From an uncultured Lachnospiraceae bacterium (lineage in GTDB: Bacteria; Bacillota; Clostridia; Lachnospirales; Lachnospiraceae), in the NCBI GenBank assembly GCA_905234525.1, contig CAJOIL010000004.1, positions 1 through 56,047 on the forward strand: a stretch of 56,047 bases of DNA. The letters are read 5' to 3'. This document shows, piece after piece, positions 55,631-56,047 of the stretch. The translations under genes were made by a program, and so were the position numbers. Under the pieces are notes generated by a model. That model was given only the letters and a program-made list of their open reading frames with translations, was not told the origin of the DNA and searched no databases. The number at the start of each line of letters is the position of its first letter. The first letter of the stretch is position 1.

Positions 55631-56047
55631 CTATGCCAAAAATCCTCTATTATCGCCTGACTGCACAGCTTCGTTAATGTCGTTGCGACCGTAGGTCATG
55701 CCTGCAGAGACAGTCTGCGCATTGGCCATGAGCGGTTCGGAATTGTCTGCTTTCGCCACCTCTTTGAAGGCTTCTGCAAGAGGCTCTAATACCTTCTTGG
55801 CTTCAAGTATGCCTTCTTCCCGGCCGGTATACATCGACTTAGCTATACTTCTCTTAGAAAAATCATATAGCCCATATAAATCCTTAGACATATCATATTC
55901 AAAATCCAGTGCTTCCTGAAGATGTCCTAACACCTCAGACGCATGACGAAGCGCTTCCATGTATTCTTGCTGATCGCCGTTATTAATGCCTTCAAGCGCA
56001 TCATCAAGATCCACTATAATCATGTCATATAACACAACGATTATCTC
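55631..56047 (-). CDS. fliS: Flagellar export chaperone FliS; the N-terminus lies outside the window
   Basis: The frame is open to the window edge (..EIIVVLYDMIIVDLDDA..). LYD-x-x-I...A...I...L...LD helix-bundle pattern, about 135 aa. Confidence 0.8.
   Translation of the reverse strand, partial: EIIVVLYDMIIVDLDDALEGINNGDQQEYMEALRHASEVLGHLQEALDFEYDMSKDLYGLYDFSKRSIAKSMYTGREEGILEAKKVLEPLAEAFKEVAKADNSEPLMANAQTVSAGMTYGRNDINEAVQSGDNRGFLA

Noticed and set aside
1-56047. Scan for rRNA, tRNA, tmRNA and other RNA genes in all intergenic gaps over 80 nt.
   Set aside because: No tRNA T-arm or acceptor patterns and no rRNA-like segments were seen. The only confident RNA element is the SAM-I riboswitch.

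Overview
This 56-kb window looks like a chromosomal segment of a low-GC Firmicute. The class (Clostridia) and the guess of a motile, probably non-sporulating Lachnospiraceae-like organism are inferences from gene content and the presence of fliS. About 45 genes are present, mostly on the minus strand.

Most of the window is conserved housekeeping synteny:
- pth-mfd and hup-S4-divIC-tilS-hpt-ftsH
- metK behind a SAM-I riboswitch
- murA, proS, cca and ddh

Interspersed with these are:
- carbohydrate-active enzymes: a GH13, and a GH31 that is frameshifted
- a heterodimeric ABC exporter
- a two-component system coupled to a DUF4422 gene
- a YhaO/YhaN-type nuclease/ATPase pair
- an envelope-modification cluster: LtaS-like, MBOAT, DltD-like, cardiolipin synthase and a CE4 deacetylase
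- azlCD

No rRNA, tRNA or CRISPR array was seen.

The clearly accessory part is an AT-rich island at about 49.76-55.6 kb, between the CE4 deacetylase gene and fliS. It contains:
- a doubly damaged IS21-type istB remnant
- a C5-cytosine methyltransferase
- a 403-aa nuclease with a MutH/Sau3AI/MvaI-BcnI-like catalytic motif behind an unassigned N-terminal domain
- two tiny coupled ORFs, one of them frameshifted
- a 408-aa XRE-HTH protein whose middle region resembles an MqsR-type toxin fold; its promoter carries two perfect 16-bp palindromes

Other points worth a second look:
- a nested palindromic repeat family with three units, two of which split azlC from azlD
- a second small hairpin repeat family
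- a 54-bp in-frame tandem duplication in the GH31 gene
- an orphan FliD-like protein
- a membrane-spanning hairpin in the middle of the SMC-like ATPase

All functional calls rest on motif recognition by eye. No database search was run.
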